Below, in pieces: positions 45,639-54,741 of a DNA stretch of 55,265 nucleotides. The DNA is from Gemmatimonas sp. (GTDB taxonomy: Bacteria > Gemmatimonadota > Gemmatimonadetes > Gemmatimonadales > Gemmatimonadaceae). The notes beneath the pieces are model-generated. The model ran no database searches. It saw only the letters and a list, made by a program, of their open reading frames with translations, and was not told where the DNA came from. Numbering within the stretch: position 1 is the stretch's first letter; every line of letters begins with the position of its first letter. The stretch covers positions 1 to 55,265 of the forward strand of contig JANNVQ010000032.1 of NCBI GenBank assembly GCA_031414535.1, in the 5' to 3' direction. Both the position numbers and the translations under genes were made by a program.

Positions 45639-47144
45639 ATGGCTTTTCGCACCCGAGCGCGATACCGCGTAACGCTGAGTATCGTCGTGCTCGGGTTCCT
45701 CGGAATCGGCACGTTTTCGTGTCGGCACACGCCGAGCATCCGGACGCATGAGTGTTCCCCGGCTGGCTGCCGCTCCGTCGTTGAAGACGGAGTGACCCTC
45801 CCCGCTACCCCCGACGCGGTTGTGGACTTTGCTCGCGCCGCCGCCGGCAAGTTTGCGAAAAACGGCTTCCTCCTTAGCCTGCCGTCAATTGAGCCCAGGG
45901 GACCCCGATACGCCGCTATGCGCGCAGCCTTGGATGTCGGCACATGGAGGGTTGGGAATATCCGGCAGGCGGAGGCGGCGCTATCCGTGGGCGCACGGCC
46001 CACACTCCTGCTGTACGAAGCGTGGCGGGATCAATTTCCGCGGCGGATACCGACAGCTTGGCCCTTCGATGACTACGTGGCGTTCGAGGCGTGGCTACGC
46101 CACCTAGTCCGGGCCAATCGCCGCCTGCCGCTCACTTGGGAAGTTTGGAACGAATGGGATTTGGGACTGCCTTGGTGGGGTGGCACGGAAGCCCAGCTAT
46201 TTGAGACGTATGCCTTGGTCAATCGTGTCGTGCGGGAGGAAGTCGGGCCGTCGGCGGATGTCGCGGGACCATCCTTTGCGCGCTTCGACACTCTGCGGTT
46301 TCGGCGATTCGCGGACTATTGTGTCCGGGCGAGTTGCCAAGTGAATACTTGGACTTGGCACGAGCTCTCGCCAGGCCGTTCCGCGGCCGTTGCCGAGCAC
46401 GCAAGATGGATCCGCTCAGCTTTCATCGACGACCCTGCCTATAGCCGGTTAGCGGTCCGTCGGCTCGACGTCAACGAAGTCATAGCGCAGGCAGAGCGCT
46501 ACTCGCCGGCCGCGCTAGTGACGACGCTGCGTGCCCTGCACGATGGTGGTGCCGACGCCTTTGGCCGCTCCTGCTGGCGGGAATTGCGTAGTCGCGAGTA
46601 CGAGTGTCTCAACGCGTCCTTCGACGGTATCGTGGACTCCGCAGCGCAGGCACCGCGCACCACGTGGTGGGTACACGCGGCGTACGCGCGCATCCGCGAA
46701 GCGCCTGCTGCGGCTACTGCATCCGCGCGTCTTGCCGTGCTGGCCGGTCGCGGGACTGGAACGAGCGTTCCGGCACTCATCCTCGTGGCACCTAATGACG
46801 CATCTCGCACGGATCAGGCCGTCACCATCGAACTGCGGCACTTGAGCCGGTCTGGCGTCGTCGGCAAGGGCGAAGGCGGTCTCCGTGTCGTGGTTCGAAG
46901 TCTGCCTTGGCGGTCGCTGGATGCCGCGATGGACTCGCTTCCGGTCGAGTGGGAATTCATCGTGCGGCCTGACACCGATGTGCTACGACTCCGTTTGCTC
47001 CTTCCGGGGTTGGGCCGAGTCCCTGACCGCAGCGATGACCCCATTCTCGGTCGCGATGCGGTTCTCATTTCCGTCGAATCCTCGGCGGCTGAGCGGCGAG
47101 CCTTGTGGCCCGTGGCGGCCCGGCCTGCCGCGACGGCGCCCTAG
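45639..47144 (+). CDS. Putative lipoprotein glycoside hydrolase, clan GH-A (GH39-like)
   Basis: Signal MAFRTRARYRVTLSIVVLGFLGIGTFSC (lipobox-like); WEVWNEWD acid/base motif; VAGPS; TWHE; LDVNE nucleophile-like. Confidence 0.65.
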   Translation: MAFRTRARYRVTLSIVVLGFLGIGTFSCRHTPSIRTHECSPAGCRSVVEDGVTLPATPDAVVDFARAAAGKFAKNGFLLSLPSIEPRGPRYAAMRAALDVGTWRVGNIRQAEAALSVGARPTLLLYEAWRDQFPRRIPTAWPFDDYVAFEAWLRHLVRANRRLPLTWEVWNEWDLGLPWWGGTEAQLFETYALVNRVVREEVGPSADVAGPSFARFDTLRFRRFADYCVRASCQVNTWTWHELSPGRSAAVAEHARWIRSAFIDDPAYSRLAVRRLDVNEVIAQAERYSPAALVTTLRALHDGGADAFGRSCWRELRSREYECLNASFDGIVDSAAQAPRTTWWVHAAYARIREAPAAATASARLAVLAGRGTGTSVPALILVAPNDASRTDQAVTIELRHLSRSGVVGKGEGGLRVVVRSLPWRSLDAAMDSLPVEWEFIVRPDTDVLRLRLLLPGLGRVPDRSDDPILGRDAVLISVESSAAERRALWPVAARPAATAP

Positions 47145-48247
47145 CTGCCTGTGTACATAGCCAGCGTTTCGCGCGCCATGCGCTCCAGCGTAAATGATTG
47201 TGCGCGGGCTAACGCGGCGGTTCCCATACGATCACGCATGTCGCTATCGCTCAGGAGGCAGGTCAAAGCCTCGGCGAAGCCGACCACGTCGCCCAGCGGC
47301 ACGAGGAACCCCGTCTCTCCCGATTCCACGAGGTCGCTGCTGCCTGCGACCCGCGTGGCCACCATCGGCTTGCCGAGGGCCATCGCCTCAAGCGTGACGT
47401 AACCAAAGCTTTCGTACCGCGAGGCGAGCGCGCACACTGAACTCGCCGCAACGAAAGGGAACGGATTGTCCACCCAGCCCACCAGCGTCCAGCGGTGGGT
47501 GATACCAAGCGTCGCCAAGCGCGCCGTGAACTCCGGTCGCAACTCGCCGTCCCCAACCCAAACGAAGCGCGCCGTCGGCACCGCAGTCAGTACGCGGGCT
47601 GACGCATCGGCCGCAAACAGGGGGTCCTTCTGATTCGTGAGCCGCCCAACGAAGAGCACGGTCGGCTCGGGTGGGGCGCTCGGGGGGCCGGCCATTTTCC
47701 GGGTGTCATCGAGCGATATGCCGGAGTCGATGCGAGTGAGATTTCGCCTCGGGACAATTCCAAGCGCGGCAATCTCTCTGTACTCCGATTCCGAAACCGC
47801 CACCAATCGGTCAGTTCGAAGGTGTCCGAGGACGCGCTCCACAAATCCAAACGCTTGAGAGAGATGCGTTGCGAGCCCGTTTGGGGTGTAGACGACCCGT
47901 AGCCCACGAAGTCCGAGAGCAGCGAGGCGACCTACTCCGCCGGCCTTGCTCGAGTGGAGATGCAACACGGTGGGTGCCAGCTGCCGGATGGTGCGACGCA
48001 ACGCGAGAGCAGCGCGCGCGTCGTCGATTGGGCGGATTGAACGAGGCATCGCCAGCTCGCAAGTCTCAATTCCTTCGGCACGGCACCAAGTAACCAATGC
48101 GCGCATGCCGCTGTCCGCACGAGCTGGACTGTACACGAGCGACTGCTGCACGCCCAAATTGTGCAGGCCCCGCATTACGTCATCAAGATGGCGACGCAGG
48201 CCGCCGAGGCTCGCCTCGGTGACGTGCAGGACGTGTGTGTTCGGCAA
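47141..48247 (-). CDS. Glycosyltransferase family 4
   Basis: HLHSSKAG, VGRLTNQK, GDGELR, SRYESFGYVTLEAMALG. Confidence 0.92.
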   Translation of the reverse strand: MPNTHVLHVTEASLGGLRRHLDDVMRGLHNLGVQQSLVYSPARADSGMRALVTWCRAEGIETCELAMPRSIRPIDDARAALALRRTIRQLAPTVLHLHSSKAGGVGRLAALGLRGLRVVYTPNGLATHLSQAFGFVERVLGHLRTDRLVAVSESEYREIAALGIVPRRNLTRIDSGISLDDTRKMAGPPSAPPEPTVLFVGRLTNQKDPLFAADASARVLTAVPTARFVWVGDGELRPEFTARLATLGITHRWTLVGWVDNPFPFVAASSVCALASRYESFGYVTLEAMALGKPMVATRVAGSSDLVESGETGFLVPLGDVVGFAEALTCLLSDSDMRDRMGTAALARAQSFTLERMARETLAMYTGS

Positions 48248-48264
48248 CTAGCGCTCTAGACGCG

Positions 48265-50742
48265 TCAGCGCGTCACAACCACAATGATCGCGACCAAACT
48301 CGCCGTAATCTGTGCCACCGACCCGACAATCGCCGTCCAATCCTTCCTGTCATTCGGATCGCGGTTCGGCACAAACACCTCCGCCCCCGCCAACGCCTTC
48401 GGATTCCTATCCGGCAGCATAAACCGCGACTTATAAGGCTCAACAATCCCATTCGGCTGCCTCACATACGCGCGCCTCAGATCCGCCTCAAACGTATGCC
48501 CACCGGCCGCCTCCACGTAGTACCGCAAACGCTTGCCCGGCACATGCGCCACGGCTATCGGCGAATGCACCGCGCCTCCCACCTGCACCGTCGGGATATA
48601 CCGCGGAACTACCAGCGTATCCCCAGGCTCAAGCACAAAATTGTCCCGCGATCTCGCGTCATCCAACGCCGCTGCCAGATCAAACCCAATTCGCCCAGTC
48701 CCGCGATACGGACGCGTGAAGAGCGCCGCTTCAGCATACGCCGTCGGCAACAAGCCTCCTGCACGCTCCAACAATCCGCTGACGTGGTCATCCTTCGTCA
48801 ACATCGCATACGTGCCAGGGAATCGCACTTCACCCAAAATCGTCACGCGCCGCTCGAGCAACCACTCTGGCTGCCTGAGCATGAGCACATTGTCGTAAGG
48901 ATTAAGCGGCACGTCCGGCGCCGTCGCAGTCGGGGCAGGGATGCCCGGCGGACCCACATACTTCCCATCGAGTCCACGCTCCAACAAATACGTCGAGTCC
49001 AGCGCCACGCGCACAGTCTGCGCTAGCATGCCCGGCGTGCGGTTCTGCGGGAGCCGCGCGACCTCGGCCTCAACTAGGTAAGCGCCGTCCTCAAGTCCAC
49101 CAGCCTCGTGCACCAAGTCGCGCAGGGTCATACCCTCGCGCCACTCGTAGCGGCCGTCCTTTCGCACGGCGCCGTTGATTGCCACGTAGCGGTCGGGGCG
49201 GAAGTCCGTGGTGGCATACACCTGGATGCTGTCGTCTTCCTGCAGCGCGAGGTCCTGAAGCAAGGTGCCCAAGGTGTCGCGGAAGAACGCGCGCACCGTG
49301 GTCTGCGTCTGGTCGCTCTGCAAGCGACGAATTAACACGTCCTTTACTTCAGGCCGTACGCCACCGGCGTTCCGGAGTGCTTCCGACAGCATCATGCCAT
49401 CACGCAATCCCTGCGAGCCAGGCGTCCACACGGCGCCACTCACCACCACGCGGTTGCGGACTCGGTCGGCGATTGGGAACACCTGAATGCGATCACCGTC
49501 TTCGATGGCGAACTTCAGGCCAGCATCGCCGGCAAAAGCGTCAGCCGTCACATCCAGCACCGTGCGCTCGCGTCCACCGGCAGCATCGCGTTGCCCCTCG
49601 GGCAGAATGCGCGACACCACAATGCGGCGCCGCCCAGCGGTAGCCTTAAAGCCACCGGCCATCGTAATCAGTTCGCGAAGCGATTCGCCGGGCTTGATCT
49701 CGTAGATGGAAGGGCGAAGCACTTCGCCCGCGACTTCCACGCGCGGCCCGTGTACAGGCACAAAGAGCACATCACCCGTCTCGAGGCGCGAATCCTTGCT
49801 GGCATCACCACGAATCAAATAATCGTACACATCCAGCGTGGTCACCACGCGGCCATCGCGCCGCAACTCAATCGCACGCAACGTTCCAATGTCAGATGGC
49901 CCACCAGCACCATAGAGCGCTGTGAGCATGGTGCCCACGCTGGCCACCTGATAGCTGGCCGGCGCCACGGCCTCGCCCACCACGAATACTTGGTTCGTAC
50001 GCAGGCGGACAATGGTCACATAAAAATTGGTGGACGCATTCGCATCGCGGCCGATTCCCGAATACACGGCGCGCAAACGACGGTACATCACGTCGTTCAC
50101 CTGATCTAAGGTCAGGTTGGCCACGAACACCTGGCCCACCTGCGGAATCACCACGAAGCCTTCGCGTGTGACCTCGAGTGAGTACGACGCCTCCACACCG
50201 CCGGTGATGATGAGTGCGAGCACGTCCCGCGGGCCAACTTTGTACGACCCATCCACAGGGCCCGCGATGTCAGGCTGGAACTGGCTGGTCGTCTGCCGAA
50301 AAACGTTGAGCCCAAAGATGCGCGACTGTGCAGCTTCCACGACCACTGGCGGCGGCGCGACTTGCGTGGTGGCCGAAGCACCAGCTGCGAGGGCATCGGC
50401 TTCCTGCTTATCTACGATGCCAAGCGCCGTCACGGCCTGCATGACGTTGGCGCTGGCATCGGCAGGCGCACTGACTTCGGAAGTACCCAGATAGCCGTCC
50501 AAAAGGCTCTCAGAATACCCAGCCGCCTTTAGGCGCTGCCGAATCTGCTCGGGCGACAGTCCGCTGCTGCGAATGCGCTGGCGAATCACACCACCAGCAC
50601 CCGGCTGCGTGGCCATGGCCTGCTCAATCTGAGCCTGCGAAGGTCGCGAGCCTGTGCCCGTACCCTGAGCCTCGGCCGCGACGAAGGGCAAAACGGTCGC
50701 TAGCGCCAAGACGGCGGCACGCGCGCGGAGAATATTCAGCAT
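48265..50742 (-). CDS. Polysaccharide export protein with multiple SLBB domains (OPX, Wza/KpsD-like)
   Basis: Signal peptide from ATG 50742; IFG, YKVGPRD, EGFVVIPQVG, repeated V.GEV/GAV..P and ALxxAGG motifs. Confidence 0.9.
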   Translation of the reverse strand: MLNILRARAAVLALATVLPFVAAEAQGTGTGSRPSQAQIEQAMATQPGAGGVIRQRIRSSGLSPEQIRQRLKAAGYSESLLDGYLGTSEVSAPADASANVMQAVTALGIVDKQEADALAAGASATTQVAPPPVVVEAAQSRIFGLNVFRQTTSQFQPDIAGPVDGSYKVGPRDVLALIITGGVEASYSLEVTREGFVVIPQVGQVFVANLTLDQVNDVMYRRLRAVYSGIGRDANASTNFYVTIVRLRTNQVFVVGEAVAPASYQVASVGTMLTALYGAGGPSDIGTLRAIELRRDGRVVTTLDVYDYLIRGDASKDSRLETGDVLFVPVHGPRVEVAGEVLRPSIYEIKPGESLRELITMAGGFKATAGRRRIVVSRILPEGQRDAAGGRERTVLDVTADAFAGDAGLKFAIEDGDRIQVFPIADRVRNRVVVSGAVWTPGSQGLRDGMMLSEALRNAGGVRPEVKDVLIRRLQSDQTQTTVRAFFRDTLGTLLQDLALQEDDSIQVYATTDFRPDRYVAINGAVRKDGRYEWREGMTLRDLVHEAGGLEDGAYLVEAEVARLPQNRTPGMLAQTVRVALDSTYLLERGLDGKYVGPPGIPAPTATAPDVPLNPYDNVLMLRQPEWLLERRVTILGEVRFPGTYAMLTKDDHVSGLLERAGGLLPTAYAEAALFTRPYRGTGRIGFDLAAALDDARSRDNFVLEPGDTLVVPRYIPTVQVGGAVHSPIAVAHVPGKRLRYYVEAAGGHTFEADLRRAYVRQPNGIVEPYKSRFMLPDRNPKALAGAEVFVPNRDPNDRKDWTAIVGSVAQITASLVAIIVVVTR

Positions 50743-50800
50743 ACGGGTCAATTTAGGGCGCAGCCTCGTCTGGGGCCACACAGGACGCAGTTTAAAGCGC

Positions 50801-52384
50801 TTAATAGGCCCCGCGGCCGCGTAGCACGGCCGGCACAGTCTGCGCCAGAATCGAGAAGTCCAGCCACACCGACCAGTCCTCGATGTACTCGCGGTCCATC
50901 CGCACCACTTCCTCAAAATCCACCACCGCACTCCGACCCTTTACCTGCCAGAGGCCGGTGATGCCGGGCTTGGCGCCGAGCCGCGCGAAGTGATAGTCCG
51001 AATACGACTTGAGGTCCTCTTCAAAGAAGGGCCGAGGGCCCACGAGCGACATCTCACCGTTCAGCACATTGAACAGCTGCGGGAGCTCGTCAATGCTCCA
51101 CTTGCGCAGGAACCGGCCCAGCGTGGTGACGCGCGGGTCATCCGGAATCTTGAACAGGCGCGGGTCACCCGAGGCATTCAAGTGCAAATACTGTTGCTTG
51201 ATGGCGTCGGCATCCTGGCGCATGGTGCGGAACTTGAACACGCGGAACACGCGACCCCCATAGCCGACCCGCTCTTGCGAGAAGAAGACTGGGCCAGGGG
51301 AGTCGCTCTTGATCAGCGCCGCCACGAGCACAAAGAGGGGAGAGAGGATGACAAGCCCCACGGCTGCGGCAACGAGGTCAATCCCGCGCTTGATGAAGAG
51401 CTGCCAACCGCGCAACGCGGGTAAGGTTAGCTCCACAAAGGGGTTCCCGCCGTACCACACCACCGCATCCTGTGCCTGGACTACGCCACTGATCCGCGGC
51501 ACGGCGAGCACGCGAATGCCTGCCGATGCGGCGACCTCGACAATCGCCTCGAACATGTCGAGACTGTACTCGCCGCAAAGCACCAGCGTGTCCGCATTCT
51601 CCCCCGCCAGTGCATCGTGCACGAGGGTCAGTGCCTCAGCGGGCGACAGCTCGTTGTCGGCGCCCGACTGCGGCAGGTTCACCCAGCGCGAGTGGCGCAT
51701 CCGGTTCTTGCCAAGCAGGGAGTCGTGGATGCGTCGCGCTTCCGCGTCGGCGCGGTCGCCCACGAACACCATTGGATCGCCATCGGCTGGGGTCTGGAAG
51801 ACGAGCTTCAGGCTCGCGTCAAACAGCAAACGGCAGAACGATATTCCGCTCCACATGATGGCGAGCATCAAGGCGCCCTGCGCGAGCACCATGGGGCCGA
51901 GTCCATTCCAGAGCGGCCCCCAGAGCGCGAGCGACACGGCCAGTGCCGTCCCCTTGGCAATACGGCCAACGTCACGCCGTTGATCACCACGGCCGTACGC
52001 TCCCGCGAGCGCCAAGCCAATGACCAGCGCCACCACAAAGTCGAATCCACCCAGGATGCCTTTGGGAAACACCGAGCGCACCGCCTCGGCGAGCGGCGCT
52101 CCATACACTTCCTGGTCACGAATGAGCCGGACCACGCCACGCATCACCCAGAAGGCGCTGAGGTCGAGCGTGAGGAGTCCCAAGCCTCGCAACATGGCTC
52201 GCACGGCGTGCCGACGCGTCGCCTCTGGCGCGCGACGCTGCAGCATCAGCCGCGTCGGCATCTCCGAGCTGACGAAGGCGCGCCTGCCGGACGAGCGGCG
52301 CCTGCGCGCTGCCGCCCGCGCATTTGCGCTCGGGCTTTCTTCGTCATTCGGTTCGGGCGTGGTGCGCTCGCCTTGCGTGGGCAT
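50801..52384 (-). CDS. WcaJ/CpsE-type initiating sugar transferase
   Basis: N-terminal TMs; KRGIDL, FKFRTM, DPRVT, SIDELPQLFNVL, LVGPRP, KPGITGLWQV, RGAY. Confidence 0.94.
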   Translation of the reverse strand: MPTQGERTTPEPNDEESPSANARAAARRRRSSGRRAFVSSEMPTRLMLQRRAPEATRRHAVRAMLRGLGLLTLDLSAFWVMRGVVRLIRDQEVYGAPLAEAVRSVFPKGILGGFDFVVALVIGLALAGAYGRGDQRRDVGRIAKGTALAVSLALWGPLWNGLGPMVLAQGALMLAIMWSGISFCRLLFDASLKLVFQTPADGDPMVFVGDRADAEARRIHDSLLGKNRMRHSRWVNLPQSGADNELSPAEALTLVHDALAGENADTLVLCGEYSLDMFEAIVEVAASAGIRVLAVPRISGVVQAQDAVVWYGGNPFVELTLPALRGWQLFIKRGIDLVAAAVGLVILSPLFVLVAALIKSDSPGPVFFSQERVGYGGRVFRVFKFRTMRQDADAIKQQYLHLNASGDPRLFKIPDDPRVTTLGRFLRKWSIDELPQLFNVLNGEMSLVGPRPFFEEDLKSYSDYHFARLGAKPGITGLWQVKGRSAVVDFEEVVRMDREYIEDWSVWLDFSILAQTVPAVLRGRGAY

Positions 52385-52545
52385 TCTTGCTGGGTGGGGT
52401 AAGAGACAAAGTTAGGGTTCAGTACTCTCGCAAACAATGATGACTCATGCCGAAATTTTGTGACCTGGCGCACGCCCCGCGGTTGTGTTCGGCGAAGCGC
52501 TGGGGAATCTTCCATCGCGCGCTCCCCACCGTTCATTCATCAACT

Positions 52546-54165
52546 ATGCGTCGCGTATTCACGGCTTGTTTGTTAACAGCGCTCCTCGCCGATGTCGCCT
52601 CGGCGCAGGGCGCAGCGGCGCTGGACCCCTTTGAGGCTGAGCAACGCCTGCTGGAACTGCTCGGGCGCAGGCCTGCTGCTCCCGTCGGGGGTTGGACGCA
52701 AGCGCGCGTAGGGTTGTTAACCGCTGGCGCCGAGAATGATCCCTGGGCGGGCCGCAAAGATCGCGAACGCAGGTTGTTCGGCTCCGACAGTGGCGCGACC
52801 CTCCGATGGATTCCGATTGAACTTCGTTCAAGTTCGAACAGCCAGCGCCCTTGGGGCATCAACGACGGACCTGTCTGGCAGGGGAAGGGAAACACCAGCG
52901 CGCTCAGCGCGGGATTCGTGGCGGAGTGGCGCGGATTTACGGCCACGCTGAACCCTGTGCTCTGGTCGGCGAGCAATGAAGATTTCACGCTCTCGCGCTT
53001 TGCGACGTCCCCGGGCCAAAGCCCCTTCTCCTACCCGACCCGCGGCAACCAACGCATTGATGCGCCGCAGCGGTTCGGGGACAAACCGGTTAGGAGATTG
53101 GACCCGGGCCAGTCCTCCCTCACGTTCACGGCGCGCAAACTCGTGGTAGGCGCATCCACGGCCACACAGCGTTGGGGCCCAGCGCGGCGCAATCCGCTCC
53201 TGTTGAGTCAACATGCCGGAGGGTTTGGCCACGCATTTCTTGGCACGGCCGAACCTGTAGACGTCCCGGCAGGGAAGGTGCACATGCAGTGGCTCTGGGG
53301 GCGGCTCTCCGAGTCCTCGTTCTTTGACACCTTGGCCAACAACGGCAGCCGCTATGTCACCGGTGTGACCCTGTCGTTCTTCCCCAAGTTTGCTCCCGGT
53401 CTCGAACTCGGCGCGAACCGGGTCTTCGTGGCACGCTGGAGGGATGGAGGTCCGACGTTGCGCGAGGCAACGCTCATCTTCATTCCGCTGCCCAAGAAGG
53501 CCTTTGAGGATTCAATCACCAATCCCAACGGCGACGACGAGCGAGATCAGATGGCGTCGGTCTTTGCCCGTTGGGTTGCGCCTGCGGCCGGCTTCGAAGT
53601 GTACGGTGAGTGGGCCCGCGGCGATCATGGCCGAGATTTGCGCGACTTCATTGTGCAGCCAGAGCACGCGTCAGCCTTCGCGGTTGGCTTCCAGAAAACT
53701 TTCCGCGCCGAGCAATCAGCCTTTTGGCACTTGGGAGGGGAGGCAACCGTCCTGGGTGCCACGCGCACCTCGCAGCTACGCCCCCCACCGACGGCGTTCT
53801 ATCAGCATCACTTGATTCGGCAGGGCTACACGCAGCGCGGTCAGGTGCTCGGGGCCGGCATAGGCCCGGGCAGTACGCAGATTTCCCTTGAAGTCGGGCG
53901 CGTGGCCAGTTGGGGGCGTGCCGCTGTCACTGTGCAGCGCACCTCGTACGACAATGATCGCTATTACGCCTACGCGGCGGACACGGCAGCCTTGCGGACA
54001 AACGAAGCAGAACCGGCCATCATCGCAGAGGCATTGGTGTTCCGCGGGGATTGGGAACTTGGCGGCTCGTTGGCGTTGGCCAAGCTGTACAACAAGGATT
54101 ACTTGCTTCGCAACGATCAGCGCAACGTGCAGGTGGGCCTGCTGGCGCGGTATCGCTGGCGCTGA
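52546..54165 (+). CDS. Capsule assembly Wzi family outer-membrane protein
   Basis: Signal peptide; INDGPVWQGKG, IDAPQRFG, WGPARRNPLLLS, DQMAS, EVYGEW, YTQRGQVLGAGIGPG; C-terminal YRWR. Confidence 0.75.
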   Translation: MRRVFTACLLTALLADVASAQGAAALDPFEAEQRLLELLGRRPAAPVGGWTQARVGLLTAGAENDPWAGRKDRERRLFGSDSGATLRWIPIELRSSSNSQRPWGINDGPVWQGKGNTSALSAGFVAEWRGFTATLNPVLWSASNEDFTLSRFATSPGQSPFSYPTRGNQRIDAPQRFGDKPVRRLDPGQSSLTFTARKLVVGASTATQRWGPARRNPLLLSQHAGGFGHAFLGTAEPVDVPAGKVHMQWLWGRLSESSFFDTLANNGSRYVTGVTLSFFPKFAPGLELGANRVFVARWRDGGPTLREATLIFIPLPKKAFEDSITNPNGDDERDQMASVFARWVAPAAGFEVYGEWARGDHGRDLRDFIVQPEHASAFAVGFQKTFRAEQSAFWHLGGEATVLGATRTSQLRPPPTAFYQHHLIRQGYTQRGQVLGAGIGPGSTQISLEVGRVASWGRAAVTVQRTSYDNDRYYAYAADTAALRTNEAEPAIIAEALVFRGDWELGGSLALAKLYNKDYLLRNDQRNVQVGLLARYRWR

Positions 54166-54183
54166 GCGAGCCGTAGCGTGTAC

Positions 54184-54741
54184 TCAGCCGACGAGCGGTA
54201 GGCGCTCGGCGGGAAGCTCTGAAAACAGTGGAGCCGCCGCATCCCGGGCGGAGAGGGTGGGCGCGGTCACCGGCCACGCTATGCCCAAGGTGGGGTCGTC
54301 CCAGCGGATGCTCACTTCATCGGCCGGCGAGTACGGCGCCGTGCACTTGTAGCAGAACAGCGCCGTCTCGCTTAAGACCACAAACCCGTGCGCGAAACCC
54401 GGCGGTACCCAAAGCTGGTGATGGTTGGATTCGCTGAGCTCTGCACCAACCCATTTACCGAAGCTCGGCGAGCCGCGGCGCACATCCACTGCCACGTCCC
54501 ACACCGCGCCCTGCACCACACTCACGAGCTTTCCCTGGACGTTCTCCGGCCACTGGAAGTGCAGGCCCCGGAGCACGCCGCGCTGCGAAAACGACTGATT
54601 GTCCTGCACGAACGGGCCAGCAATGCCAGCCGCCGCATAGCGCTCGCCGTGGAAGCTCTCCAAAAAGAACCCCCGCGCATCACCAAACACCTTGGGTTCA
54701 ATCAGCTTCACTTCGGGAATGGCAAGGGAGCGGACGTTCAC
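54184..54741 (-). CDS. rfbC: dTDP-4-dehydrorhamnose 3,5-epimerase
   Basis: FGDARGFFLE, FVQDNQS, GVLRGLHFQ, WVPPGFAHGF. Confidence 0.97.
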   Translation of the reverse strand: MNVRSLAIPEVKLIEPKVFGDARGFFLESFHGERYAAAGIAGPFVQDNQSFSQRGVLRGLHFQWPENVQGKLVSVVQGAVWDVAVDVRRGSPSFGKWVGAELSESNHHQLWVPPGFAHGFVVLSETALFCYKCTAPYSPADEVSIRWDDPTLGIAWPVTAPTLSARDAAAPLFSELPAERLPLVG

